Source: Candidatus Bathyarchaeia archaeon (lineage in GTDB: Archaea > Thermoproteota > Bathyarchaeia > Bathyarchaeales > Bathycorpusculaceae). Taken from it: DNA of 46,853 nucleotides. The stretch spans positions 1 to 46,853 of the forward strand of contig JBEKHN010000017.1 of the NCBI GenBank assembly GCA_050012255.1, given 5' to 3'. The notes under the pieces are model-generated. The model saw only the letters and a list, made by a program, of their open reading frames with translations, was not told where the DNA came from and made no database searches. Below, one piece after another: positions 38,614 through 46,853 of this stretch. Made by a program: the position numbers and the translations under genes. Within the stretch, counting starts at the first letter, position 1, and each line of letters starts with the position of its first letter.

Positions 38614-39321
38614 TCATTTTTCCATTGCCTTTTTCCTCAATTCCTCAGGCATCAATTCAATAGCATACCTTAATGCTGTTCTTGGCATCTTATGCTTATT
38701 TTCCATTACGTATTCGAACACTTCTTTCTGATGCTTTCTGCTTTCTTCCTTCAAAAGCCAGCCGTAGCCTTTCTGGACCATGTCATCAGCATCAACTAAC
38801 AGTATATCGCTTATCTCAAAAGCTTCTTTCAGAAATTCGCCTTTTCTTGCAGGAATAATTAGGGTTACAGAAGAAGCCCTCTTCAGCCATCTGTTGTCTG
38901 ATTTGGCCCATTTCTTCAATTCCTCTACACTGTCAGGGTACTTTGCAATCAAGTCACCTACCGCGTGATTGCAGAATCCGTCACATTTTGCCCAGTTGTT
39001 GACGTATTTTTTGATCCATTTTTCAAAAACTGTCAGATCTCCAGATTCGATAAAATCCTTGAAATTCATCCCCCAGAAGCTTACTATGGAGGCCTCTTCA
39101 GTATAGTCCGACCTAAGCAATTCTTCACATAGCTTAAAAATCTCCTTCTTATTCTTGCCTTTTATTTCATTCCAATACTTCTTTCCTATCTTGCCAACTG
39201 TTATTGTCTTTACGCCATAGCATTTTACTTTCTCTTTGAAAAACCTTTGAAAGCTGTTTCTGGTTTTTTCATCTATGTTTTCTTTAAGTTCGTTTCTGAT
39301 TCTCTGGGCGATATTACTCAT
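38614..39321 (-). CDS. DNA alkylation repair protein (AlkD-like HEAT-repeat)
   Basis: NNWAKCD, WAKSDNRWLKR, DDMVQKGYGWLLKE, MPRTALRYAIE. Confidence 0.85.
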   Translation of the reverse strand: MSNIAQRIRNELKENIDEKTRNSFQRFFKEKVKCYGVKTITVGKIGKKYWNEIKGKNKKEIFKLCEELLRSDYTEEASIVSFWGMNFKDFIESGDLTVFEKWIKKYVNNWAKCDGFCNHAVGDLIAKYPDSVEELKKWAKSDNRWLKRASSVTLIIPARKGEFLKEAFEISDILLVDADDMVQKGYGWLLKEESRKHQKEVFEYVMENKHKMPRTALRYAIELMPEELRKKAMEK

Positions 39322-39827
39322 CTTCCATTCACTACTTTGTATAGTAACCAAAATCAGTTAAATAGTCATCTTCACTGATTAGCCCGAGCTCAGGACTTAC
39401 CGTTCTGTGGTTACACACATTCCCCATGAAACGTCGTTTCTGAAGAGAACATTGAGCCTACCTGAAGAGCGCGCGTGTTTACCTGAAAACCGGCATAGAA
39501 GCCGTACGGCCTAGAGTCACGTACTTGCACCATACTACCACGCACCACGCACGTAATAGAAAAAAAGGGCCTAAACGAAAACTCACTATCGATGGTGGTA
39601 AGTTCATACCACCCGAATACGTAGACCCCATGCCGAATTAGCACAGGGTATGGGATTCAAATTCTTGAGAAAACTCTTCACCGGGTGACGAGTTTTTTGT
39701 GGGGTCCACCAAGTTCACATGAACTTAATGGTCATGTTGATACCGCGCTACTCAACATCAGGACTTCAGCTAGTTTTGCGGAAGTTACAATAGCGTTATT
39801 ATAACCATAGCGTTATGGTTGTGACTA

Positions 39828-39969
39828 GCGGGCGCATCAGGGACTCGAAGTGGAAGGAAGCAGTCTTCCAAACTAGGGAGAATCCAAGTCGCTCAAGACC
39901 TCCCGACAATGCTTTAAGAAACCTGTTGCCGCAGGGCTACGTGGGTTCAAACCCCATCCCCCCGCACCA
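39828..39969 (+). pseudogene. Degenerate tRNA-Leu-like RNA (near-intact 3' half with CCA, aberrant 5' half)
   Basis: CCTGT-TGCCGCAGGGCTAC-GTGGG-TTCAAAC-CCCAT-C-CCCCCGC-ACCA. 5' GCGGGCG sits ~25 nt after TTATTATA. No canonical D arm. Confidence 0.6.
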
Positions 39970-40010
39970 CTACGTTGAAAAGCATAGCGAGTCAGTCGGA
40001 TGCTAAGGCA

Positions 40011-41270
40011 ATGAAAAATGAGCTGGGATCTCGTTTAGAGATTACGCATTCATTTAGTCCTTGGACAAGACTCCCTTCTAACTTGTCATCAATCGTGCAT
40101 GTGTTATTGGCAGTGGTCTTTGGATTCCTGATTTCGCTGAGACCGACGATAAACCCTCTGGTTTTTGTGTTTGCTGTAACCTCAAAGCTTTTTGCAATGA
40201 TGTTCGCAGAAAATAGAAATGCTTCAAAGAAAACGAGAATCTACTCCACGATAGCTTTAGCCTTGTTGATTCCCCTTCTCACACAACTTTCATCTTTTGA
40301 AATAATAATGGGCGTCTTGATCCTGATGCTTTACTCCCTCTATCCCATTTGTAACGGAAGAGCCCCGTTTGACATCATACATCATGCACTGAGATACATC
40401 TTTATTTTCATCTTAGGATATGGTTCGCAAGCATTTTGGAACGAAACGGCGCTGTTGGCCATATCGGCAATAGTGCTCTTCTCTCTCGCGGGAGAGCTTC
40501 TTGCAGGATTAGGAAAGGGCAGGGATTCTGTTAAGAGCGCGGCTTCATTATTAGGAATCAAGAGGTCATTGGCTGCAATTATTTCCTTAATCTTCATTGC
40601 CTCATTGATAGCATCATTCGTTTTGAATAACCTGTTCGAGTTTCCGATCCAATTCAATGAGACGTTTGTTCCTTTCTACATAATACCTGCGTTGGCACTG
40701 GATCTCTTTTTAACGATGCCTTTGATGAAAAAACTGAATGAAAAACATGTGGATGCATTCCATTTAATAAGAAGAAAAGAAGTGACAGCCATGGTCTTCA
40801 TGTCACTCTTAATATTAGTTGTATTCCAAACAGGAAGAATCGGTACAAGAGTGGCAGTCAACTCAAGAGATTACAGCTTTGACGTAGGCATCAGAACCCT
40901 TATAGCGGGAGCGCACAGTTGGGACGTACCGTGGATAGTCTTCGATTACGTAAACGAAGACAATTATTATTACGTTGTCTTCCACAAGAACGGAATTCTG
41001 GAATTATCGCAGAAGATGGATGGGCAGTACCAGCGATTCATATCCTCGTCTGCAACACAGCTTACGCCATTCCAATGGCATGACTTTCAAATCGTTCTCA
41101 ATGAAACTACTGTAGCGGTAAAATTGGATGGAGAATACCAAGTAACAGCATCAAGACATCGAGTAGCTGAGACTTTTAGCATTATAATTTCCCCCTCAAC
41201 ACCAAACCCAGAGGGCATCTGGATTGCGTGCACATACCGCATAACGATAATTAACGAAACCAATGATTAG
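40011..41270 (+). CDS. Multi-TM UbiA-like membrane protein fused to a C-terminal beta-sandwich (ConA/LamG-like) domain
   Basis: About 8-9 TM segments; YSLYP..APFDIIHH and KSAASLLG resemble UbiA landmarks. C-terminal DYVNEDNYYYV..WHDFQIVL..VKLDG is typical of ConA-like domains. Confidence 0.6.
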   Translation: MKNELGSRLEITHSFSPWTRLPSNLSSIVHVLLAVVFGFLISLRPTINPLVFVFAVTSKLFAMMFAENRNASKKTRIYSTIALALLIPLLTQLSSFEIIMGVLILMLYSLYPICNGRAPFDIIHHALRYIFIFILGYGSQAFWNETALLAISAIVLFSLAGELLAGLGKGRDSVKSAASLLGIKRSLAAIISLIFIASLIASFVLNNLFEFPIQFNETFVPFYIIPALALDLFLTMPLMKKLNEKHVDAFHLIRRKEVTAMVFMSLLILVVFQTGRIGTRVAVNSRDYSFDVGIRTLIAGAHSWDVPWIVFDYVNEDNYYYVVFHKNGILELSQKMDGQYQRFISSSATQLTPFQWHDFQIVLNETTVAVKLDGEYQVTASRHRVAETFSIIISPSTPNPEGIWIACTYRITIINETND

Positions 41271-41571
41271 AACACATCATACAATATTTATGGAAGCGAT
41301 AGATCGTTTTGCCCTTGGATAGCACGCGCAAGTCCCGGGCTAAATCGAACTTCAAATCGAGATCTGCGGGTTTCTGACTCAGACGAAGGCATACATGTTC
41401 TGGAGGCACTCAAGCAAAGAGCCTTATCTAGCGGTGTCCTCTGACCTCGTCATAGATCGTTCCTGCGGAATAACCGAAAGGACTGAACATGCTAACGGCT
41501 GACGCATAAAGAAGAAGCAGATACTTCTTGACGGCCGAGTTTCGCGCCCTATAAAGGGTCATCCAGAACGC

Positions 41572-41578
41572 TTTTATA
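41572..41578 (+). promoter_or_regulatory. TATA box for the riboswitch-thiT transcript
   Basis: TTTTATA about 27 nt upstream of the aptamer 5' end. Confidence 0.6.
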
Positions 41579-41605
41579 CGCATAGATAACAATACCCTTC
41601 ATAGG

Positions 41606-41697
41606 TTTCGGGGAGCTGGGATTGTGACCCGGCTGAGAGGACGGTTGAACACCGTCGACCCTTAGAACCTGATCCAGGTAATGCTGGCGGAGGGAAA
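41606..41697 (+). ncRNA. TPP riboswitch (THI box)
   Basis: GGGGAGC, P3 GCTGGG/CCCGGC, CTGAGA, P3a GACGGT/ACCGTC, GACCC, GAACCTGA, P5 CCAG-GTAATG-CTGG, GCGGAGGGAA, P1 TTTC/GAAA; immediately 5' of a thiamine transporter gene. Confidence 0.93.
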
Positions 41698-41701
41698 GAT
41701 C

Positions 41702-42247
41702 ATGGTTAAAAGTGAAGTCAGAAGCGCTGCCGAGACCAAAATACTGGCCGAGATGATTTTGTTCATCGCATTGGCAAACGCGCTTTATCTCATGAGCAAG
41801 CTCTACCTTCCTTTCTTAAAGCTGCCTCAAGGCGGGAGCATAACTCTGGCAAGCATGGTTCCACTGCTTTGGTTTGCCCTAAGACGAGGCCTTCGATGGG
41901 GGGTAGAAGCCGGAGTAATCTATGGACTAGTCCACATGGTCGTCTCAGGAGACATCTACTATCCAACCCAGATCTTACTCGACTATCCATTGGCTTTTGG
42001 AGCCCTGGGTCTTGCAGGCGCGTTTAGAAGCCGACCAGTGATAGGAGTAGGGGTGGGAATTTTGGGTCGGTTCATCTGTCACTTCGTATCTGGCATAGTT
42101 TTCTTCGGTCAATATGCTTGGGAAGGCTGGAACGTGGTCGCCTACTCTGCAGCTTACAATGCAACGTATCTTGTTCCAGAATTCATAATCAGCGCCATCG
42201 TGATCTTCATACTGCTGAAGAGAAACGTACTAAACATATACATGTAA
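41702..42247 (+). CDS. thiT: ECF-type thiamine transporter S component ThiT
   Basis: LPQGGSITLASMVP, QILLDYPLAF, RFICHFVSGIVFF, YSAAYN. ATG 41702 follows GGAGG. Confidence 0.92.
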   Translation: MVKSEVRSAAETKILAEMILFIALANALYLMSKLYLPFLKLPQGGSITLASMVPLLWFALRRGLRWGVEAGVIYGLVHMVVSGDIYYPTQILLDYPLAFGALGLAGAFRSRPVIGVGVGILGRFICHFVSGIVFFGQYAWEGWNVVAYSAAYNATYLVPEFIISAIVIFILLKRNVLNIYM

Positions 42248-42316
42248 CTTCTTTCACTGATCGGCAATTTTTTGGCAACAACAAACAACCGCCTCAAGAC
42301 TTTCAACGATAAATGA

Positions 42317-43105
42317 TCACAACAAAATTCGTTCAGGAACGCTATAAACATTCATGCGCTTCCCTCGGACGAACCCAACCAGAGTCAAATCGGCTTTCTT
42401 CGCAATAGCAATGCCAGAATCTATGGCCGCTGCCATGGAAGCCACGACAGGCACTCCTAATCTTGCCGCTTTCATCACTATGTCGCCTGTCATTCTTCCG
42501 GTCAAGGCGAGAAAGCATTTTCCCAGATTAGTCTTACGCATCATCGTGATGCCTATGACTTTGTCGACCGCGTTGTGGCGACCAACGTCTTCAGCTGAGG
42601 CCATAAGAGTTCCATCGCTGCTGAAAATCGCAGCGGCGTGTACTCCGCCGGTTTTTCTGAAGATTTCTGAGGCGCGATTCAGGTATTTGACGCAATCGAG
42701 CACCGTCTCGGCTTTGACCGTCAAGCTTGACTTGATTCTGGACAACCTTTGCGAAGGTACATAGGTTCCCTTGCTTCCGCAGGCTGAAAGAATTACTCGT
42801 TGAAAATGTTTCGACAAGCTTAGCCTTTTGTCCAAGTCAACGCTGGGTGTCAGCTTAACCCTGCAAACATCCTTTTTCAGGTTTACTTCTTCAATCTCCT
42901 CAATCGATTTTACGATTCCCTCAGAGAATAAATGCCCAACTGCCAATTCCTTCAGTTTTGAAGGGGTGCAGAAAATCGTGGCGTACAATTTTCGGTTTAG
43001 AAAAAGGTGTAGTGGTTTTTCCTGCGCTACGCAGTCTCTCATCTGATTTGCTAATCTGCCAGAAACGTCGATTCTCAGAATTTCAACTTCTCGCACGGTT
43101 CTCAC
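42317..43105 (-). CDS. fdhD: Formate dehydrogenase accessory sulfurtransferase FdhD
   Basis: EKPL, ELAVGHLFSEG, SACG, TGGVHAAA, EDVGRHNAVDKVIG, LVGFVRG. Confidence 0.92.
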   Translation of the reverse strand: MRTVREVEILRIDVSGRLANQMRDCVAQEKPLHLFLNRKLYATIFCTPSKLKELAVGHLFSEGIVKSIEEIEEVNLKKDVCRVKLTPSVDLDKRLSLSKHFQRVILSACGSKGTYVPSQRLSRIKSSLTVKAETVLDCVKYLNRASEIFRKTGGVHAAAIFSSDGTLMASAEDVGRHNAVDKVIGITMMRKTNLGKCFLALTGRMTGDIVMKAARLGVPVVASMAAAIDSGIAIAKKADLTLVGFVRGKRMNVYSVPERILL

Positions 43106-43980
43106 TTCTTCAATTCTGAAAGGACAAAGTCCACAATTTCATCTGCAATGTTGACGGGTGCAACTGACTGCAGTCCACGCCATCCTGGCTGACTGTTAAC
43201 TTCGACCACAACAGGCCCGGAAGGGCTTTCAAGAATGTCCACTCCGGCTATCTTACAATCGATGGATTTGGCCGACTTGACGGCGAGGTCTTCACGGACT
43301 TTTTCAAGCTCTATTCTCAAAGGCCTAGCGCCTTGACTGTAGTTTGTCTTCCAGCTGCGTGCGACACGCTTCATTGCTGCGACCACTCGGTTGCCAACTA
43401 CGAAAGCGCGAATATCAGAAAAACCGTGGTCAATAAACTCCTGTAGATAAATGACGCCGTGATAGAATGTTACAGCCCTGAAAACCGTTGCAGCCACTTC
43501 TGAATCGTTTACTCTAGTGGCCCCTATGCCTCTGGAGCCGAATATCGGTTTCACGATAACGTCGCCTCCCAACTCCTTGAAAGCTCTCACAGCCTCGCCA
43601 ATGCTTTCGGTTACAGCTGTGCGGGGTACAGGTACGCCGTTTTCTTCCAAGATGGCCAAGATGTCGTACTTGTCAACACAGTGTTCAATCGCCTCAGGCG
43701 GATTTATAATGTACAGGCCTGCACGCTGAAGTCTGTAGAGGACATCCATCCTGAAAACCAGCTCCTCAAGTGAGCCTCGCCCGATTGGTCGAACTATCAA
43801 CGCGTCCAACTCGTTTTTTACGTCAAGGTTGGCGACCCTTGTCAGCGGAGCATGTCCGACATTTGCAATCAACTTGGGAAAGCTGAAGCACACGTACGGA
43901 ATTGTACGCCTTTCTAGGGCTTCCCGCAGTTGGAATGAACTGTAAGAGTTTCTGTTCCGCGTTACAATTCCAAATCTCAA
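43102..43980 (-). CDS. RimK-family ATP-grasp ligase (possibly MptN-like tetrahydromethanopterin:alpha-L-glutamate ligase)
   Basis: GRGSLEELVFRMDVL, VPVPRT, KPIFGSRGIG, YLQEFI, DIRAFVVG, WKTNYSQG, EVNSQPGW. Confidence 0.85.
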   Translation of the reverse strand: MRFGIVTRNRNSYSSFQLREALERRTIPYVCFSFPKLIANVGHAPLTRVANLDVKNELDALIVRPIGRGSLEELVFRMDVLYRLQRAGLYIINPPEAIEHCVDKYDILAILEENGVPVPRTAVTESIGEAVRAFKELGGDVIVKPIFGSRGIGATRVNDSEVAATVFRAVTFYHGVIYLQEFIDHGFSDIRAFVVGNRVVAAMKRVARSWKTNYSQGARPLRIELEKVREDLAVKSAKSIDCKIAGVDILESPSGPVVVEVNSQPGWRGLQSVAPVNIADEIVDFVLSELKK

Positions 43981-44057
43981 AAAAGGAACCCTCCAGTATT
44001 CAACCTGTGAAAAATGCTGTAAGCTGTGTTTCTTAAAGTTTCTGTGCCACGGTGCGC

Positions 44058-44987
44058 TTAGAATTTGTGAACGTACGGAACCAGTTGTGTTGCCTTTTGG
44101 AACTTCTTAAACAGGTTCACGTCCAAATAGGCACCATACCTGTTGAAGTAGGGAGGACCTTTTCTTGAAAAAAGCGTTAAGATCTTGCCGTCGTGGTCGA
44201 TTTTGAAGCCTTCGCTGCATGGTTCGTGTCCACGTATCAATATTTTCACTTTCAGTGCTTTCAGAACGGCGGTTGTTACATCTTTACCGAACAGATGCCC
44301 CGCACCTCTAGTGGAAGGATATGTTCCTTCAAGAGACTCCTGTGGATCGCTCCAAAGCATGTCCTCAAGGAACGTCACCTTCGGATGCTTCGTGTGAGCA
44401 TACGCGAAATCCTCGATCGTACGCGCCTGCTCGGGTAAGCCTGCGTGAACAATAAAGTATCGCTCTTCAACCAACACTGAATTGCAGAGAAGCGGAAACA
44501 GTTCGAGAATACCGTGGTAGGCTTCGGTCCATTCTTTTCCAAACCTGTTTTGAAACTGCACGGGCAAGTCGTGAGGAGACGCTAGAAGGTCTCTTGGTCC
44601 CTCATGGTTTCCCCGCATCAAAACCACCTGTGTTGGATGTTGAAGTTTCAGGCTTAGAACCGTGTAGTAGACTTCTGCGGAGAACTCACCGCGATCGCCG
44701 TAATCTCCAAGAAAGATCAGGAAGACAAGTTGAGACTTTTCCATTCTTTGCAGAATCTCACTTTGCTGCAGTATCTGAATCAGACTCTCAAGGTCGCCGT
44801 GCAAATCACCGACCACGAGTGCTTCGCCGGAAGGCTTCATCTTGACGAGTCTTCCGAGGATTTGAAGGTTGCCGACTCTGCCGTTTTCCTTTTCAAGAAG
44901 CCGCATTGTCTCCGCGACCAGTTTGGTGAAACCATCAACTTGGATTTCCATCGCTTCCTTCACAGTCCGCGCAAGGCCTGTCTGCAA
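44058..44987 (-). CDS. PPP-family Ser/Thr protein phosphatase
   Basis: GDLHG, GDYGDRG, RGNHE, HAG, LWSDP, IRGHE, TLFS. Start may be ATG 44951. Confidence 0.9.
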   Translation of the reverse strand: MQTGLARTVKEAMEIQVDGFTKLVAETMRLLEKENGRVGNLQILGRLVKMKPSGEALVVGDLHGDLESLIQILQQSEILQRMEKSQLVFLIFLGDYGDRGEFSAEVYYTVLSLKLQHPTQVVLMRGNHEGPRDLLASPHDLPVQFQNRFGKEWTEAYHGILELFPLLCNSVLVEERYFIVHAGLPEQARTIEDFAYAHTKHPKVTFLEDMLWSDPQESLEGTYPSTRGAGHLFGKDVTTAVLKALKVKILIRGHEPCSEGFKIDHDGKILTLFSRKGPPYFNRYGAYLDVNLFKKFQKATQLVPYVHKF

Positions 44988-45003
44988 AAAACTCGCCTCG
45001 AAA

Positions 45004-46272
45004 CTACGTGATCGTTACCCTCTTGCTCGTGAAACTGAAAATGTTCTTCCCTATTTCGCTCTTGTGATTTTGGACTTTCTCAGCTGTTTCGCTGTAGGTC
45101 CTGTTAATCGAGTGTTCTTCTCCCTCAAGAACTCCCTTGCTTCTCGTCAGGTTTGCAACGTGTTCGTGAAGTTTTGCGAGGTCTTTCTGCGTGGCAGCGA
45201 CTTCTTCTGATGTGGACAGTTGTGTTCTTCGGCTCATTGCGTCCCTGCATCGTTGATGCAGACTTGCTAATGAGTTGTTCCTGAGGATGTTGTTCATGTC
45301 TTGTTCAGCTTTGCGAGCTTTCTCGGATTTTAGCTTCAGTTTGTCTTCAGAAATCGACCTATGCAGCTTATCAAGTACCTGCTTCAACAGCGGGTATCCT
45401 TCGTCTTCTGTTGAAAGAGCTTCAAATGGGTTTTCGAGGTATTGGGCAAGTTTCTTGAGTTCTTCAGGTGTCAGACCGCTTCCTGAACCGTGACTTACTA
45501 GGGATTGAAGCTTGATGAAAGGTTTCTGAAGATGTTGCAGGCTGTGCTTTATTTCCAAGCTTAAGGCTTCTATCTCAGTTCCCGTCTGACTCAGCTGGCC
45601 CACGCTGCCCATCGTTTTCAAGTCAGCTATTCTTTGTTTTGCTTCAGCGATTTCCCTCTCCAGCGAAGCTTTTGCGCTTTCAACCTTCGCTTTTCGTTCA
45701 CTCAGAACTCTCTGTTGGCTCTCTTGACTCGACAGCTCGTCGATCAGCTGGAACGTGTCCTCCAAAGTCTTGGTTTTCACGTACTCTTTGGTCACGAAAC
45801 CGTCGAGCTCTTTCAACAAGGCTTTTGCCTTCTCGAAAACAGATAAGAATCTTCTTCTGTCAAGAATGAAAAAGGGCGAGATCCGTGGAAACCAGTTTCT
45901 AATGTCAATTTCCGTTGCTATAAACGCCTTTTGAGTTTCCCGGACAAAGTCGCTGGCACTCTCATACGTCACCTTTTCAGGAACTTTCATTTGGCGGTTT
46001 CTGTCGACGAACAGCCGGGCCAGCTTGTTCATCGCTCTTGCCCTTCCGTAGGTCTTCATGTTTCTTCTCTCGATTTCTCTTGCGCTATTGTCCAAAAGAG
46101 TCTTCGAAGTTTCTGAAAGGTTATCAAGCGTTCTGCCCACGTCATTCAGCAGCTTTTGCGCCCTTGCATGAACTGGAGTGAAAATTGACCCTGTTTCGCG
46201 TTCAAGCCACGCTTTAACGGCTGTTGAGGAGAATTTCAGCGCTTCAGACAACAGTTTTTTCCCAGTTAGCAA
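45004..46272 (-). CDS. Hypothetical all-helical coiled-coil protein
   Basis: 422-aa K/E/L-rich ORF with long heptad stretches and no nucleotide-binding motif. Confidence 0.8.
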   Translation of the reverse strand: MLTGKKLLSEALKFSSTAVKAWLERETGSIFTPVHARAQKLLNDVGRTLDNLSETSKTLLDNSAREIERRNMKTYGRARAMNKLARLFVDRNRQMKVPEKVTYESASDFVRETQKAFIATEIDIRNWFPRISPFFILDRRRFLSVFEKAKALLKELDGFVTKEYVKTKTLEDTFQLIDELSSQESQQRVLSERKAKVESAKASLEREIAEAKQRIADLKTMGSVGQLSQTGTEIEALSLEIKHSLQHLQKPFIKLQSLVSHGSGSGLTPEELKKLAQYLENPFEALSTEDEGYPLLKQVLDKLHRSISEDKLKLKSEKARKAEQDMNNILRNNSLASLHQRCRDAMSRRTQLSTSEEVAATQKDLAKLHEHVANLTRSKGVLEGEEHSINRTYSETAEKVQNHKSEIGKNIFSFTSKRVTIT

Positions 46273-46350
46273 ATATACAACAGGAATATTTATGTTTCAG
46301 TTTCACTGGGGTTCTGTGAAGTTGTCGTCGAACGGCTTTCTCTGTGAAAA

Positions 46351-46613
46351 TTCGTCGGATAGCTCTCTACGACGAGCCCTAGCGAGCCCTACAGAATCCG
46401 ATGGCATTAGCAACTTGTTCCACAAACCCTCCGCCGAGCTTGTCTCTTCTTATACTTCGTATATCTCCTATGATAAGGCAAGTTTCCATCTCTAAAAGAA
46501 AAATCCGAAAGCTACATAGGGCCCGTTTCAGAACTTGGAAAACTCACATTGGCCCGTTCTCAAGCGTATCCGACGAAAAGTAACACGATGGGCTATCCGA
46601 CGGAGAGGTAACA
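46351..46613. repeat. Three copies of TATCCGACG: one inverted (46351..46363) and two direct 27 bp apart (46567..46585, 46594..46613)
   Basis: ttcgtcggatagc; tatccgacgaaaagtaaca; tatccgacggagaggtaaca read directly. Confidence 0.5.
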
Positions 46614-46853
46614 GAACCTGAATCCAGCAAGTTAATATACTCCGCTTCCCATCTTGCCAGAAGCAAAAGTTTTTGCCCAGTAAGACCGAGAAAATCGGGT
46701 TCTCCGCTTTTACTTTTTGGCAAAGCAGCTTAAACAGTAAGGAAGTGAAAAACATGCGATATATGCGAAACAAGAAAGAAATGCAAGAACGAGAGAGAAA
46801 AAATGAAATGAATTGCAATATCACGCGGAAAACGCGAAGTAACTAAAATTCCC

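Noticed and set aside
39411-39644. 77-aa minus-strand ORF and three CTGAA motifs spaced about 21-22 bp
   Set aside because: No protein-like features; the repeats are too short to call iterons, CRISPR repeats or C/D boxes.
46290-46560. Possible ORB / replication origin (gtttcactgggg, gtttcca)
   Set aside because: Only partial resemblance to the ORB consensus, not repeated, and no orc1/cdc6 in the window.
46528-46824. 98-aa Phe-rich minus-strand ORF
   Set aside because: Composition reflects the A-rich non-coding tract; no RBS or motif.
1-46853. CRISPR array, rRNA, transposase/integrase, Sec/Pyl read-through
   Set aside because: I saw no regularly spaced repeats, rRNA-like sequence, recombinase motifs or in-frame stops within otherwise intact conserved genes.

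Overview
Archaeal chromosomal segment, most likely Bathyarchaeia/TACK. This is inferred from gatDE, archaeal-type elp3/valS/pyrH, RIO2 + Sm, a CdvA-like protein and intron-rich tRNAs. Core genes are amidohydrolase-elp3-gatD-gatE, nurA-herA, pyrH, alkA, Sm, rio2, valS, nadX, fdhD, a RimK-family ligase and a PPP phosphatase. There are three intron-containing tRNAs: Leu-CAG (non-canonical 29/30 intron), Tyr-GTA (two introns, 30/31 and 37/38) and Lys-TTT (37/38). Accessory material includes a HypD-type glycyl radical enzyme plus activase between two diverged ~68-bp direct repeats, a decayed region with tRNA 3' fragments, a promoter-bearing degenerate tRNA-Leu-like RNA, and a UbiA-like fusion lacking catalytic motifs. 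The best candidates for new biology are: (i) four paralogous 'beta-hairpin-helix + winged-helix' proteins clustered next to an orphan NurA-HerA pair, with palindromes in both flanking divergent promoters; (ii) a complete TPP riboswitch whose 3' strand contains the thiT Shine-Dalgarno; (iii) a divergent aconitase X operon with a 2-hydroxyacid dehydrogenase lacking its conserved Arg. All calls come from manual motif reading; no database search was run.
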